64,000 nt of DNA from NCBI GenBank assembly GCA_964016885.1, contig OZ024740.1, forward strand, positions 108,934,001-108,998,000, written 5' to 3'. Made by a program: the position numbers and the translations under genes. Below, piece by piece: positions 25,220-38,048 of the stretch. The notes under the pieces were generated by a model. It was not told the DNA's origin, did not search any database, and worked only from the letters and a program-made list of their open reading frames with translations. How positions within the stretch are numbered: the stretch's first letter is position 1; each line of letters starts with the position of its first letter. The DNA comes from Eledone cirrhosa. Taxonomy: Eukaryota.

Positions 25220-25328
25220 TAGGAACAAGTAAGACCCCGACGGCTGAGCTCAAGCCTTTTCGACGGCTAATTCAGAATTAGCCGTCGAAACGGCTTGAGC
25301 TCAGCCGTCGGGGTCTTACTTGTTCCTA
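25220..25328. repeat. 109-bp near-perfect palindrome (54-bp arms, 1 mismatch)
   Basis: taggaacaag...ggctaattc a gaattagcc...cttgttccta. Confidence 0.95.
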
Positions 25329-25348
25329 TATATGTATATATATATATG

Positions 25349-25379
<31 letters not shown>

Positions 25380-25560
25380 ATACATATATATATATTTATA
25401 TATATATATATGTATATATATACATATATATATATTTATTTATATATATGTATATATATATATATAATACATATCTATAAATGAATTAATTTGGATATAT
25501 TTTTAATGCTTGAATAAGTAGCGTTTCAGTATTTTTTAAAAGAAACATTATTAAACTGAC

Positions 25561-25795
25561 CTCCCTCTGGTGTTTGGACATCGATGACATTGCTCTCTGG
25601 GCCTTCATAATAAGTGTTACGTGCTACCACTGATAAACTAAAATTGGAGTAAGCAGGCAGCATTACATTAGTTTTTACTTTCGATGATGTTCGACGGTGT
25701 CGACTTCTTCTGAGTGACCGGCGACTATGAGGATTTTCAGAAACATCAATCTTCTTTAAAGTGGTTTCCCTTTCTCCAGGTTTCCAGAAAAGAAT
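25561..25795 (-). CDS. Nrg: Neuroglian exon, FnIII-3 C-half with polybasic loop
   Basis: ILFWKPGERETTLKKIDVSENPHSRRSLRRSRHRRTSSKVKTNVMLPAYSNFSLSVVARNTYYEGPESNVIDVQTPEG. tag/gtcagt boundaries. Confidence 0.9.
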
Positions 25796-26125
25796 CTATA
25801 AACAAAGCCAAAAACAAAACTCAATAAATCTATATTATAACGATTGTACTGCATTGTTTATCCATCTGTTACTTATGAAATCATTCTAACATTTTCATTT
25901 AGAATTCATGGAACAAAATTAAAAATAAGACATGCCCAAATCAATGTTCCCTGCCACCAGTACTATCTGTATATCTGCCCTCTCTCACTTTTTTTTATCT
26001 ATCTAATAGTATTATCTGTATGTCTGTCTCTCTCTATCTCATTCTATCTATCTTTGTGTGTATATATATATATATATATTAGTATTGCCAAATATACTAT
26101 ACATACATTCATATATATATATATA

Positions 26126-28345
26126 TCATCATCATCATCATCATCTTTTTTTACATCCGTTTTTCCATGCTTGTATGGGTTGGACGGTTTCTTCTCAGCA
26201 CGGCACTTGTCTCTCTCCACTTGTCGTATTCCTCTGCCACTCTTAGCAATTTGAGGTCAGTTCTCACAACCTCTACCCAGGTCTTTCTTGGTCTACCTCT
26301 ATTGTGGCTTCTTTCCACTCGGATTTCCTGGCATTTCTTCACCCATTGGTCATTGTCCATACCAATGCAGGCTTCTCTCCTGTACACCATCTCAGATTCC
26401 TCTTAAACCCAGCTTCTCCAAGCTCTGCCTTTCACACTTATATTGCACATCCAACGAAGCATGGTTGCTTCAGTCTATGCATGTCCTCTGCAGCCACAAC
26501 CCACGTTTCACTACCATGCAGTATTGCACACTGCATGCAAGCATCATACAGCCTTCCTTTTGTATGTAAGAAGAAACTTTTTGTTATCAACAGTGGGAAT
26601 AATTTTCAAGACTTCTTCCATCCTATCTTTATTCTAGCTATTATATTCACAGTGCACCCTCCTCTGCTGCTAATTAGGTCACCTAGATAGTAGAAGCTAT
26701 CAACTATATCTATGGATCCTTCCTGTGACTGGAAAAGGTTTATATCATTAGCACTCTTCTTCTCGATTACTCCTGTGCATCTTTTACATGCAAAGTTCTT
26801 CCTTCCTGTTAGTCTACTCGTTATCCCACTCCATCTTTTGTATACCCCAAATTTACATTGTGTATATTGTATGGAGTTAATGCCTACTTCTTTTCCCTGA
26901 GGGAATCTGGGTCCTATCTTCTCTCCTATTGACTAACACTTTAGTTTTGGCTAAGTATACTCTCAGACGTTTTGATTCCAAATTCAGTTTCTATAATTGG
27001 AATTTATTTTCTAGTTCTTTTTTGGTTTCAGCTATAAGGACCAAATCATCTGCATAGAGAAGTTCCCATGGACAGCCTGTTTTAAACTCTACTGTTATGG
27101 CCTGAAGACCTATAATGAACAGCAGTGGGCTAAGAACTGAACCTTGAATTCCCCACTAAACTCATTTTCTACTCTCACTTTACTAACAGCTTCTCTGTAC
27201 ATAGCTTGTACTGCTCTCACATGTCATTCTTCTATACCACCAGATAATAGATTGAGGTACTCTGTCAATAGCCTTCTCTAGATCAACAAAAGCTAAATAT
27301 AGTGGTTTATTTTGGGCTAGGAACTTCTCTTGTAGTTACCTCACTAAAAAGAGGGCATCTGTAGTACTTTTCCCAGGCATGAAACGATACTGCATCTCAT
27401 CTAATTTGACTCTTTCCCCAATTAGTTGCACTATAACTCTTTCTGTTACTTTCATAACTTGGTACATTATTTTTATTCATCTATTTTATTCATCTATTTA
27501 TTCATCTAGAGCATCACCTTTGCCCTTGTAGCAATTTATGATTGTACTGTTGTGCCTGTCATTAGGTATGACTGTCATGTATTATTTGATTTACAGCCCT
27601 TTACAATCTGATATTCAAATCCCACCAAGGTTAACTTTGCCTTTCATCCTTACGAGGTCAATAAAATAAAGTACCAGTAATGCACTAGGGGCAATTGCTG
27701 GCCTTATGCCAAAAGTAGAAACAATTATTTGATTTTCTATATGGATTACTAGTTTGACTCCTACTTCCCCGATGCTTTCAGCATCTCAGCAACTATTTCT
27801 GATGGTCCTGCAGTTTTACCGTTCTTCATCTCCTTGATTGCGTCTTTGGCCCTAAAACTGTCAACTTTAATAGCTGGTCCTTTCTTTAGGTAGGTTGGGG
27901 GAAGTTTCTTTTCCTCCCATTCATACTCTATATTCATCAATCTCTCATAGTAACATTTCCAGGCCTTTTTCTTTTGGTTATCAGTGGTGTTAAGTGCACT
28001 AATGTCATTTCTAACTCACTTCCCCAACAACACCTCAATTTTCTCTCACACATTGTCTTGCAATATGGAACACTTCATGTATCTGATCCCCAAATCTCAA
28101 GACATTGGCACATTTATTTTTTTCAGCCTCTCTCCAGGCTGTGTATATCTGTCGCTTAGTTTCTTTCTTAGCTACCTGGTATCGGTCACTACTACCCCCA
28201 TTTTCCAGTCTTTTCATGCCTGTCTCTTAGCTTTAATGGCTCTATCTACTGTACTGTTCCACTACTAGGTCACCCTCTGTCTGGCTGGCGCTTTACTCCA
28301 GCCACAAGTCTCGTCAGTACTTCACAAAAGGTTGTCGCATAAAAA
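26126..28345 (-). mobile_element. Older degenerate RTE LINE with a SINE inserted at about 27600-27730
   Basis: Fragmentary homology to the 22632-25067 ORF (GCPWELLYADD, GRPRKTW), with frameshifts. Confidence 0.85.
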
Positions 28346-28575
28346 TTGAAGTCACCTGCTAAGATAATGAGGTCCCTTTCCTAACCCTAACCCAATGATA
28401 GACTGGCGTCCTATCCAGGGGAAGTCTTGTACTCTCAGTCGCTTCATGCTACAGAAACTAGGATAAGTACTGGCCTAATGAGCCTCCAAGCTTGAGACAG
28501 ACTTTAACTTATATATTTGTGTGTCCATTTCAACGGCTGATGAGCACAGAATTATTTTATGTGTTGCTAATTTTG

Positions 28576-28802
28576 AAATAAAAGTGGAGACTCATTGCAG
28601 AAAAGCAGCTTTTAGTAAGACTTCTGAAAAAGTCAAAGCTTCACCGTTCTAAGGAAGGATGAAACACTGAAGGTGATAAATACATATATATCACCTTCAG
28701 TGTTTCATCCTTCCTTGGAAAGGTGAAGCCATGATGAAGCTTTGACTTTTTCAGAAGTCTTACTAAAATCTGCTTTTCTGCAATGAGTCTCCACTTTTAT
28801 TT
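28576..28802. repeat. Long inverted repeat (about 100-bp arms, 10-nt loop)
   Basis: aaataaaagtggagactcattgcag...aggtgata / tatcacct...ctgcaatgagtctccacttttattt. Confidence 0.9.
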
Positions 28803-29055
28803 GCAAGCTGATACAATCTGCCAATCACAATCCTTGACAGTAGAAGGTGAGATATGAGCTCAGAACTGACAGAGCAAGATCAGATACTGTAAAGAATCCC
28901 ATTCAACTCTTTAACAATCCACTGAACCCTTAAACTCTTACTTTATTTATTAACCCCAAAAGGATGAAAAGCAAAGCTGACCTCAGTATGATTTGTACTA
29001 GAGCACAGTGTGCCAGAACAACTATCATAACCTTTAATCCAACACATACACACAT

Positions 29056-29560
29056 ATCGTCGTCATCATTTTTATGTCAGCTTTTCCATGCTTGCATGGG
29101 TTGGATGGGTCCTTCTTAGCATGGCATTATTTCCACATGTCACAATCATTTGCCATTGCCTGTGTGAGTTTCAAGGATTTGAGGTCAGCTCTCATAACAT
29201 CTACCCTGGTCTTTCTTGGTCTACCTCTACCACGACTTCCTTCCACTAGCATTTCTTCACCCAACAATTATTGTCCATGCTCCTCACATGTCTAAACCAA
29301 TGCAGTCTTCTCTCCTGCACACTACCTCAAATTTGTCTTAAACCCAGCTTCTTCTTCAACTTGTCCAAGCTCTGCCTTTCTCTCACACTTACATTGCACA
29401 TCCAATGGAGCATGTTTGCTTCATTTCTCTCCAGTTTATGCACACCCTCTGCAGTCACAGCCCATGTTTCACTACCATGCAGCATCAGATTACTCTTAAA
29501 CCCAGCTCCCTGAACTTTTTGCATCCTATCCTTATTCTAGCTATTATGTTCTCAGAGCAT
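29056..29560 (-). mobile_element. RTE 3' fragment
   Basis: MLHGSETWAV...LERNEANMLHWMCNV homology. Confidence 0.75.
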
Positions 29561-29859
29561 AATAGGTATATATGTGTGTGTGTGTGTGTGAGTTTGTTTA
29601 TCTCCTGTATCTTAGTGGTTTGACAAAAAGAGATCAATAAAATTTGTACTAGATTTTAATAAAAGAGCAGCAATATTTTGATGTGAGTGACAATATTTGA
29701 CATGCAGAGGAATATTTCCAAGCTATTGATCAGCAACATTTGATGGGTATAACATTAACATAATTGAAGAAATCTGATAACAACTCATCTGGCATCTTTT
29801 GTACAAATTTTTGCCTGCTTCTTAGGACTGACCTATGCTTGACCACTGTTGGCCCAGAA

Positions 29860-30110
29860 CCCTACTCCATTTTGGTCTTTGGAGGTTTTATAGATTTTAC
29901 AGGCAAATGCAACCAGTAGGAGACCTAGAGGTAGACCACGAGCAAGATGGTTTGATAACATTGGTGATCTTGGCTGGTCCCATTTGGGCATCCAGTTAGA
30001 TCAATTGGAGATGGTTGCTTTTGACAGGACCCGCTGGAAGGTGTGCTTGAAAACTCTATCCCCACGACTCACCCAGGAATAAGTAGGCAAAGAAGAAGAA
30101 AAAGAAGAAG
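29860..30110 (+). mobile_element. LINE 3' end (RTE/Expander-like) with (GAA)n tail
   Basis: RRPRGRPRARWFDNI-like coding remnant, then cccaggaataagt..gaagaagaa. Same family on the minus strand at about 56078-56255. Confidence 0.6.
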
Positions 30111-30214
30111 TATTAATAAAATGACTGCAGAGCTTAGAGAGAGAGCATTGTATTTATAAGTAAAATTATTAATTTATAATCAGTACGGAAATTACTGTAT
30201 AGATGTTTACTTAC

Positions 30215-30345
30215 TCTATAACCTTTGAAAACACCACGTATTTGATCTACATCAGTGTTGACTCGGTCCCAACGAAATCTTGCAGATGTAGCTGTCATTT
30301 TATGGTCAGGATCTAATTCAAAGTTTTCAGGTACAGCCAGGGGAG
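30215..30345 (-). CDS. Nrg: Neuroglian exon, FnIII-3 N-half
   Basis: PLAVPENFELDPDHKMTATSARFRWDRVNTDVDQIRGVFKGYR. tag/gtaagt boundaries. Confidence 0.9.
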
Positions 30346-31045
30346 CTATACAAATAATAAAAATAACAAGTTATAAAATAGGTCTATTTCCATTAATTAG
30401 TGTAATAATTAGGATCCATCCTGTTAGTTATTATAACTTGGACCTAATATTAAGTAATTAATGTAAATAAGAAAAAAAAAAGTACCATATTTTTCAGAAT
30501 ATAACGCACATTATTTTAGATAATAAAGTTTAAAAAAAAGGTAATATTCAGCTCTATATGGCTTGTTTCATATATATTATTGGTGTATAGAGTACAGGCA
30601 GATTTTGACATTATTTTGGAGTAAATTAATAAATGGATATTGAGAATATATATATATAAACATATAACTTCCCTAGAGCTGGTGATCTACATGATAAGTG
30701 CACCCAGTACACTCTGTAAAGTGGTTGGTGTTACAAAGGGCATCCATCCATAGAAAACCTGCCAAACAAAAGGTAGGGAGGACTCTTCAGCTGTGTCAAA
30801 GACAAGATAGCTGCACTAGTACTGTTGCCACAATTAAATGCACTGAGTAGAGTTTACAAACAGTTTGTAAGTGAGATGCGGGCCCCCCAGCCCACCTGAG
30901 CACCTGCTCGGGTGCTGGAACATAAGTAAGCAAGATGTAGGCACCCTGCTCATCTAAGAGGTCAGCAACTCCGCTAGAGCATGGACTCTGTGGTGACCTG
31001 TCCAACCCTTGCTAGCAGGGAATATGGATATTAAATGATAATGAA

Positions 31046-31335
31046 ACATTTTTTCACGCTTAGAGTTGCTGAAGCATGGAACAAAATACCTGCATCAGTT
31101 AGCTGCCGGAACACTGCATCCTCCAAAACTTCCATGCTTCCCAAAATTCGCTAACACTACACCCGATATTCCCCTTCTATACACATGCGCACACCTGTGT
31201 GTGTATATCATGACTCATACACTGTTCACTTTCCTGATATTTGTACATTATTCTATGTTCAATACATGCACCTTTGATGAGTTGTAGTGCACCTGAGCAC
31301 TGTACACAAATAATTTTCATTATTATTATTATTAT
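31046..31335 (+). mobile_element. CR1-like LINE 3' end
   Basis: FFTLRVAEAWNK remnant, 3'UTR and (ATT)n tail. Confidence 0.65.
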
Positions 31336-31365
31336 TTATATATATATGTGTAATTTATTACTTAC

Positions 31366-31591
31366 AGTCTTCCCCAGAATATCCTGTGATTTCGTTAAGA
31401 TTGACTTTTGCATAACCTTTATCATTCTTGGCAGCCACGGTAATCGTGTATGGTTCATAAGTAGTGTTAGTTCTGATTTCTTTCCTAGCTTCTTCATTGC
31501 CATCAACAGTATAGGTTTCAACCTTACCATCTTTTTCAATTTTTACCTCATAATAAAATCCAGGCCCATTAAAATCAAGTGGTGACATAGC
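31366..31591 (-). CDS. Nrg: Neuroglian exon, FnIII-2
   Basis: AMSPLDFNGPGFYYEV...TYEPYTITVAAKNDKG...ITGYSGED, with the L1-family GYSGED signature. Confidence 0.93.
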
Positions 31592-31624
31592 CTTGATGAA
31601 AAAAAAAGAAAAAATTACTTTAAC

Positions 31625-32110
31625 TTGTGCTGGTACCGTAATAAAATATACTCAGTACAGTCTGTAAAGTGGTTGGTGTTAGAAAGTGCATCCAACTGTT
31701 GAAACCATGTCAAAAGGGTACAAAGGACTCTACAATTGTGTCAAGGATAAGACAACTTTAGTGCTAGTACCAAAAATATATCCTGTACACTCTGTAAAGT
31801 GGTTGGTGTTAGGATGGGCATGCAGCTGTAGAAACCATGCCAAAAGAGTAGAGGAAACTCTTCAGTTGTGTCAAGGATAATATAACTTCTCTAGTGCTGG
31901 TGCCACAACAAAATATACCCAGTACACTTGTAAAGTAGTTGGTGTTAGGAAAGACACCCAGCTGTAAAAAAAAACACATCAAAAAAGGACAGAGAGGATT
32001 CTTCAGTCATGTCAAGGGCAAAACAACCTTTTTTATTGTTGGTTCCACAATGAAATATGCTATATAAAGAGGATTGCGCTAGGAAAGGCATCCAGCTGTA
32101 GAAACCATAC
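31625..32110 (+). repeat. About 4 tandem copies (about 130 bp) of RTE-tail-derived sequence
   Basis: Repeated cagtacactctgtaaagtggttggtgttagga.gggcatccagctgtagaaacc. Confidence 0.65.
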
Positions 32111-32302
32111 AAATAATGATGATGATGACGATGACAACAATGATAATGAATATGTGAATGATGATGATAGTGAAGATGAGAGAATGATAATGTTAGTTCA
32201 TGGTGTGATTAAACTGTCAGTATTGGTTTCATTGGAATGTAACATGCAATACAAAGTGTATTTAATAAAAGAAAAAGAAAATAATTTTCAAACGTTACTT
32301 AC

Positions 32303-32667
32303 ATCCCAGATCACAACAAGGTAGTCCTTCTTGTTGATTAAGGTTCTCACATTTTTAGGATGGAATGCTGGGAAATCAGCAGCAGTAGTACAGACATTAG
32401 CTGCAGGTTCACTAGGAGCTCCAGTTCCTAATTCATTTACCCCTCTCACACGGAACGTGAAGTTTGACCACGATGTAAGCTCTGTTTCCCATTTTTCAAC
32501 TTTGCCCTCTGTCTGACCTTTCTCATACCAAGTCTCATCAAAGGATGTCTTAAACTCAATCACATAATGAGTAATAGGGGAGTAGTTATCTTTTCCTTCT
32601 TTCCAGGCAATGTTAGCACTTTCTGGCTGACAATCAACCATGACTTCTGTAGGAGGATCTGGAGGAC
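32303..32667 (-). CDS. Nrg: Neuroglian exon, FnIII-1 and start of FnIII-2
   Basis: GPPDPPTEV...WKEGKDNYSPITHYVIEFKTSF...SNFTFRVRGVNELGTGAPSEP...HPKNV...VIWD. Confidence 0.95.
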
Positions 32668-32944
32668 CTGAAATATAATGAAGTTTATCATAGATACTAT
32701 TAGGGAAAAAATAGAATATATATATATACACACATATATACATACACAGATATGTACATTATTATATACAATTCAGCTTATTTCTCTTTCTGGTATATAT
32801 TAAAACATGAAAGGTAAATTATTTGTATTTAATTGACTTTGATGAGCTATCCTTACTGTAATGAACCTTTCATTCCTGTTAGCCCAGTAATTCAATGTAT
32901 ATTCAATGTTTTGATTAAAATCCTTTTCTAAACTTTTGTTTTAT

Positions 32945-32983
<39 letters not shown>

Positions 32984-33035
32984 CATTTAGATATATACAT
33001 TATATACATACACACACATATACATTATACATGAA

Positions 33036-34182
33036 CTGCAAAGCATAAATGAACTGAGAGAGAAACTGGGAACAAGAGGGGTTTGTTGTGGTGTACAGGA
33101 GAGGAGTTTGCATCGGTATGGACATGTGATGCATGTGAAGGTTGACAGCTGTATAAAAAGGTGCAGGGTGCTAAAAGTTGATGGAAGCTATGGAAGAAAA
33201 AGGCCTAGAAAAGCTTGGGATGAGGTGATAAAAACTGACCTCACACAATTGCACCTCTCACAGGTGATGACAGAATTGTAATCTCTGGCGCTATGCTGTA
33301 CTGCAGAAGACCCATCTTCCCATGTACACAGGATGAAGCAACATCTAGTGGTCTCTAGTATGCACCACCTCTCCCCCTCCTATACCACCTCACCAGCTAT
33401 GTACCCCACCCTACATATACCCCTACCCCCACTTTCCACATCAGATGCACTCTCTTGACCAACCCATGTATACATGTATGGAAAACTGAAACTCTCCCAC
33501 AAACCTGCTGGGGTGGCTGAAAGCTCTCAGTCCACCCTGTAAGGTGGTCATGCTTGTGACACAACAAAAGTCCTTAGTCCACCATGTAAGCTGCTCATGT
33601 TGGTGTCATGACAAAAGAGCACCTAACCCTCCCTGCAGGGTGGTTGTGCTGGTGACATGACAGGTGGGCACCTAGTCCTTCATTGTGAAGTGATCATGTT
33701 GACAGGAGGCATCCAGCCCACCCTGTAAGGTGGTTGTGTTGGAGGTATAACAGAAAGTGCCCAGTCCACCCTGTGGAGTGGTCAGGTTGGTAGTATGACA
33801 TGACAATAATTGACTAGCCTACACTATAAAGTGGGCATGTTGGCGATGCAACAAAAATGCCCAGCCCAACCAGTAAAGTGGTTGTTTTGGTGACGTGGCT
33901 AAAGTGCCCAGTCCACTCTGTAAAATGGTCATTTTAGTATCATGACAAAAGGTGCCTAGCCCACACTGTAAAGTGGTCATTTAGTGCCATGACAAAAAGT
34001 ACCCAGTCCACACTGTAAATGTGGTTGGTTTTCGGAAGGGCATCAAACTGTAGAAACCAAGTCAGAAATGGTTCTGTTTCAGCAAGACAGTCATTTGATT
34101 TGACTTGTCTCACAAGACAACTCACCTAACCCATGCTAGCATGGAAAATGGATGTTAATAGTGATGATGATGATGATGATGA
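33036..34182 (+). mobile_element. Old RTE 3' fragment with internal minisatellite (about 42 bp, 33525-34020)
   Basis: ERSLHRYGHVMHVKVDSCIK...RPRKAWDE remnant, repeated cagtccaccctgtaaggtggtc units, (GAT)n tail. Confidence 0.7.
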
Positions 34183-35109
34183 TATCATTACTATTTAATA
34201 TATATTTCCCATGGTTGCTACGATTAAGCAGGTTAGGCAGGTCAGGTGACCACTTTTCTGCTCATATGTTCCATCTATTTTTTTGCTTGGTTTCTATGGC
34301 TTGGTTGCCTTTAATGCCAACCACTTTAAGCATGGACTGGAAGCATTTTTCGAGGACCCAGCACTAACACCTTATAGAGTGAGCTGGACGATTTTTGTAT
34401 ATGTAAGCATGAACAAAAACAGCCATAAAATGATGTTGATGAGTAAATATAGTGATTGCATTGGTCAGGAACTGACCCCAGGTCATCTATTCTTCCACTG
34501 AACCATATAAGCATATATGTATATGGATGTTTGTGTATGCGCCTGTCCCTGCGTGTTTTCATAGCAACATTGTCTAAAGAAAATGGTGATGTTTGTTTAT
34601 GTCTTGCATAAACAATGTGTCCCACAGTAAACTGGTTCAACATAGGTGAGTGGCATAAACCATACTTATGAATAAAGAATGGGTTGACATCAGGAAGGGC
34701 ATATCTGTCCCTAGAAAAACAGCCTCCAAAACGTTTTGTTTACTTTCCTATGCTAGCAGTCCCTCTGCATTGCACCTTAGGCAAGTATCTTCTATTATAG
34801 CCTCAAGTTGACCAATGCCCTGTGATTGAGATTTGATAGATGGAAACCCAGTGGACATTTATGTATGTATATGTGTGTGTGTTTATCCCTGTCTGTTTAT
34901 GTCCCATAAAAAAAAGGAGATGGATAAAATAACTTTTAAAAAATAAGTATTGGGGTTCAATAATTGATTAAAATCCCTTTAAGGTGGTGCCCTAGTATGG
35001 TCACAGTTTAATGACTGGAACCAATAAAAGAATTTAAAAAAACCCAAAACAATGATAATGAAATGATGTTGATTTCCAATAGCTGAAAAATTATTTGAAA
35101 CTCACATAC

Positions 35110-35394
35110 CTTTAACTTTTAACTCTGCTCCTTTTGTGGCATTATCTAATCCATTGGTAGCAACACAAGTATAATTGCCTGAGTCTTTGTTGGACAGATT
35201 TAAAATAATCAGGTTGTTGCTTTCTTCATGTTTAATATTTGGATCATTCACATCAACAGGCACACCATCTTTGTACCAGTGGATCTTCAGATTGTCAATC
35301 TCAAAAGAGTCTGTAGTTGCATAGCATGTAAACAAAGCTGTTTTTCCAGCCATGACCACCATGTCATCAGGTCCCACAACAATTCTGGTTCGTG
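35110..35394 (-). CDS. Nrg: Neuroglian exon, Ig6
   Basis: RTRIVVGPDDMVVMAGKTALFTCYATTD...WYKDG...DSGNYTCVATNGLDNATKGAELKVK. Confidence 0.95.
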
Positions 35395-36627
35395 CTGAAA
35401 AAGAAATAGGAATATGATAAACATTATTTCATTTATGTGGATTTAAGGCGGTGGATTGGCAGTATCAGTAGAGCATCAGACACTATGTTCTGAGTTCAAA
35501 TCCTGCCGAGGTTAACTTTGCCTTTCATCCTTATGGGGTCGATAAAATAAAGCACCAGTAAAGCACTGGAGTAATTGCTGACCATGTGCCAAAAGTAGAA
35601 ACAATTATTTCATTTTTGTAATATATAGTTATGATAGCAATGTGCCAGCTTATAAAGCAATAAACCCTCTTAAAAATTGCTGTACAACCCTGTGATTAAC
35701 AAGTGGTTGTGGGTTCAAGCCTTGGACAAGTGTCCTTTAGTTAGCTACAATAGAAATCGCTAAAACACATGAAATGCATGAAAAACCTGTTGGGAAACTA
35801 TATTGGCTTGTTTAGAGGTCGCTAGCTTATCAAGAAGAGGGTTACATTTTTAGACCAATACATCAACTGTATAGTGTTTTGGTTATGATATTGAGACTGA
35901 TATACCATATAGTGTTTTAACTACCTTATCAAGGCCAATATCTGTATAGTATTTTGGCTACCTATCAAGGTCGATATCTGAATCGTGTTTTAGCTACATT
36001 ATCATGGCCAATATATTGGCTGTGGCTTTGTAGTGGTTGTGGCTACATTATTGCAGCTGATATCTCAGCTTCACAGCATTCTAAGAGTTAATCAATAGTC
36101 TAGTTAACAATACAGACACCTGTAACTCTCCATTGTAATGTTTCTGATAAATTAACCTGCAAAGTACCATTTATATTTTACATTTTAATCAAGAAGATTA
36201 TTATTAGTAATGTAAAAGCTTTCATAAAAAAGGAAAATAACTGATCACCAGATTTAACCAGGGAAACTATTTAGTTACTGCTTTTATCCATTATTGATAT
36301 TATCTGCTGGTTGCAACTCTTGCAGAAAGAGGTGAGATTTCAACTCAGAATGCACAGAACCAGGTTAAATACCACAAGATTTCCCATCCAACTCTTTAAT
36401 AATTCCACCAATCCACCATCCTGGACTGGTAATTTATATATTAACACTCAAAGGATGAAAGACAAAGTTGACTGCAGTGGGATTTGAACCTAGATAGCAG
36501 AAAAGTGGAGCCAATACCAAGGCATTTAATCCAATGCTCTAATGACTTATAGAATACTGAAAAACCAAAAAAGAGACTTGAAAATAAGAGAAAACGCTCA
36601 TCAGGATAACAACACTAATATACTTAC

Positions 36628-36718
36628 TTCGAACAGCTAGTTGGCCGGTTGAAGTAGTTTCACCAAATTTATTTTTAGCACGACAAGTATATTTTCCAGT
36701 ATCTTTAGCTTGTACTTC
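36628..36718 (-). CDS. Nrg: Neuroglian exon, Ig5 C-half
   Basis: EVQAKDTGKYTCRAKNKFGETTSTGQLAVR. aag/gtaagt boundaries. Confidence 0.92.
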
Positions 36719-37866
36719 CTTAAGAAAAAAAAAAAATACATATTAACAATTTTGTTACCATGTTTAAAGAATACACTGCTTATGATTTTCAAATAATTAA
36801 AAAAATAATCAAGTATTTAGTAATATCACTAACCTTTTCATTATCTGTGGTATTCTTAAATAGTAAACTTAATCTGTCCCCCTGGGTGCCTGTGGCAAAC
36901 ATCTAAACCAGGTCTCCAGTTTGAGGATACCTTCCTCCCTGGAACAGGTCAAGGGCATTCCTTGGACTATCATCATCATCTTCATTTTTACATTTGCTTT
37001 TTCATGCTTGCATGGGTTGGATGACTCTTCTCCAGCATAGCTTCCCCACACTCGTCACATTCCTTCATTTTTTTCCTCCATGATGCATTCAGATCACCTC
37101 TCATCACTTCTGCCCAGCCTTTCCTTGCTCTTTCTCTTCTGTTTCCACTTGAAAATACTGGCACTTCTTCATCCAATGATCATCATACATATATGGATCA
37201 CATCCATACCAGTGCAACCTTCTATTTTGTACACTAAATCTGATTTCCCTTAGGCTAAGATTTTTTTCTTCAACTATTCTGTGCTCAAATCTGCCATAGC
37301 TTATCCTAAGCCAGGTTGAGAAAGGAGGAAGGCTGAGTGTAGGGTTGGTACCTCTACCCCGTAAAAAGACTCATTCACCACAGAAACCACTATGAATTTT
37401 CTAAATCTTGAAGAAAACTGGCATGGGATCAAGGGACCAATTCAACATGGATTGAATATGACAGGTCTAGATCAAAACTGAAAGGACATCCGGATCTTGA
37501 CTACCCAAGTTTTCCATGCCAAACAAACCATAAACATCACTACTTTGAATGTCCAAACATTATATCAAAGCAGAAAGCTGATCCAAGTTGTTAAATGACC
37601 AGATACAATCTCGGCACATTAAGGTAGGCCGAAATGAGATGGGTAGGGAGTGGCAAGCAAAAAAAAAAAAAAAAAGTGTCCCATTGCTAAGAGGCTGGAG
37701 AAAGCAGATGACCAGATTCTGTGCTTCATTATTCATGCGCATTAACATTACATAACCAGCAGCTTCATTTCTTTCTAACCTCCACACATCCTCTGCATAT
37801 CTCTCTCCCATGTAATATCACACTTCATAAACAGGCATCATAGTATTAAAAAAAAAGAATACTTAC

Positions 37867-38048
37867 AGATATTTTTAACCCTCCATCAGGCAAAATTTTA
37901 TGTCTATCGCTCATAATCAGCTGATCACCTCTAAACCAAGCAATAGATGGTGTTGGTTTGCCATCTGCAACACACGGTAATACTACTACCGATTCTGCTG
38001 CAACTTTGGTCAAGTTGGGAACTTCTTTTGTAAATGATGGTGGGATTG
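37867..38048 (-). CDS. Nrg: Neuroglian exon, Ig5 N-half
   Basis: AIPPSFTKEVPNLTKVAAESVVVLPCVADGKPTPSIAWFRGDQ...LPDGGLKIS. Confidence 0.93.

Noticed and set aside
33525-34020. Regularly spaced repeats superficially like a CRISPR array
   Set aside because: Eukaryotic context, degenerate tandem units without unique spacers, and no cas genes.
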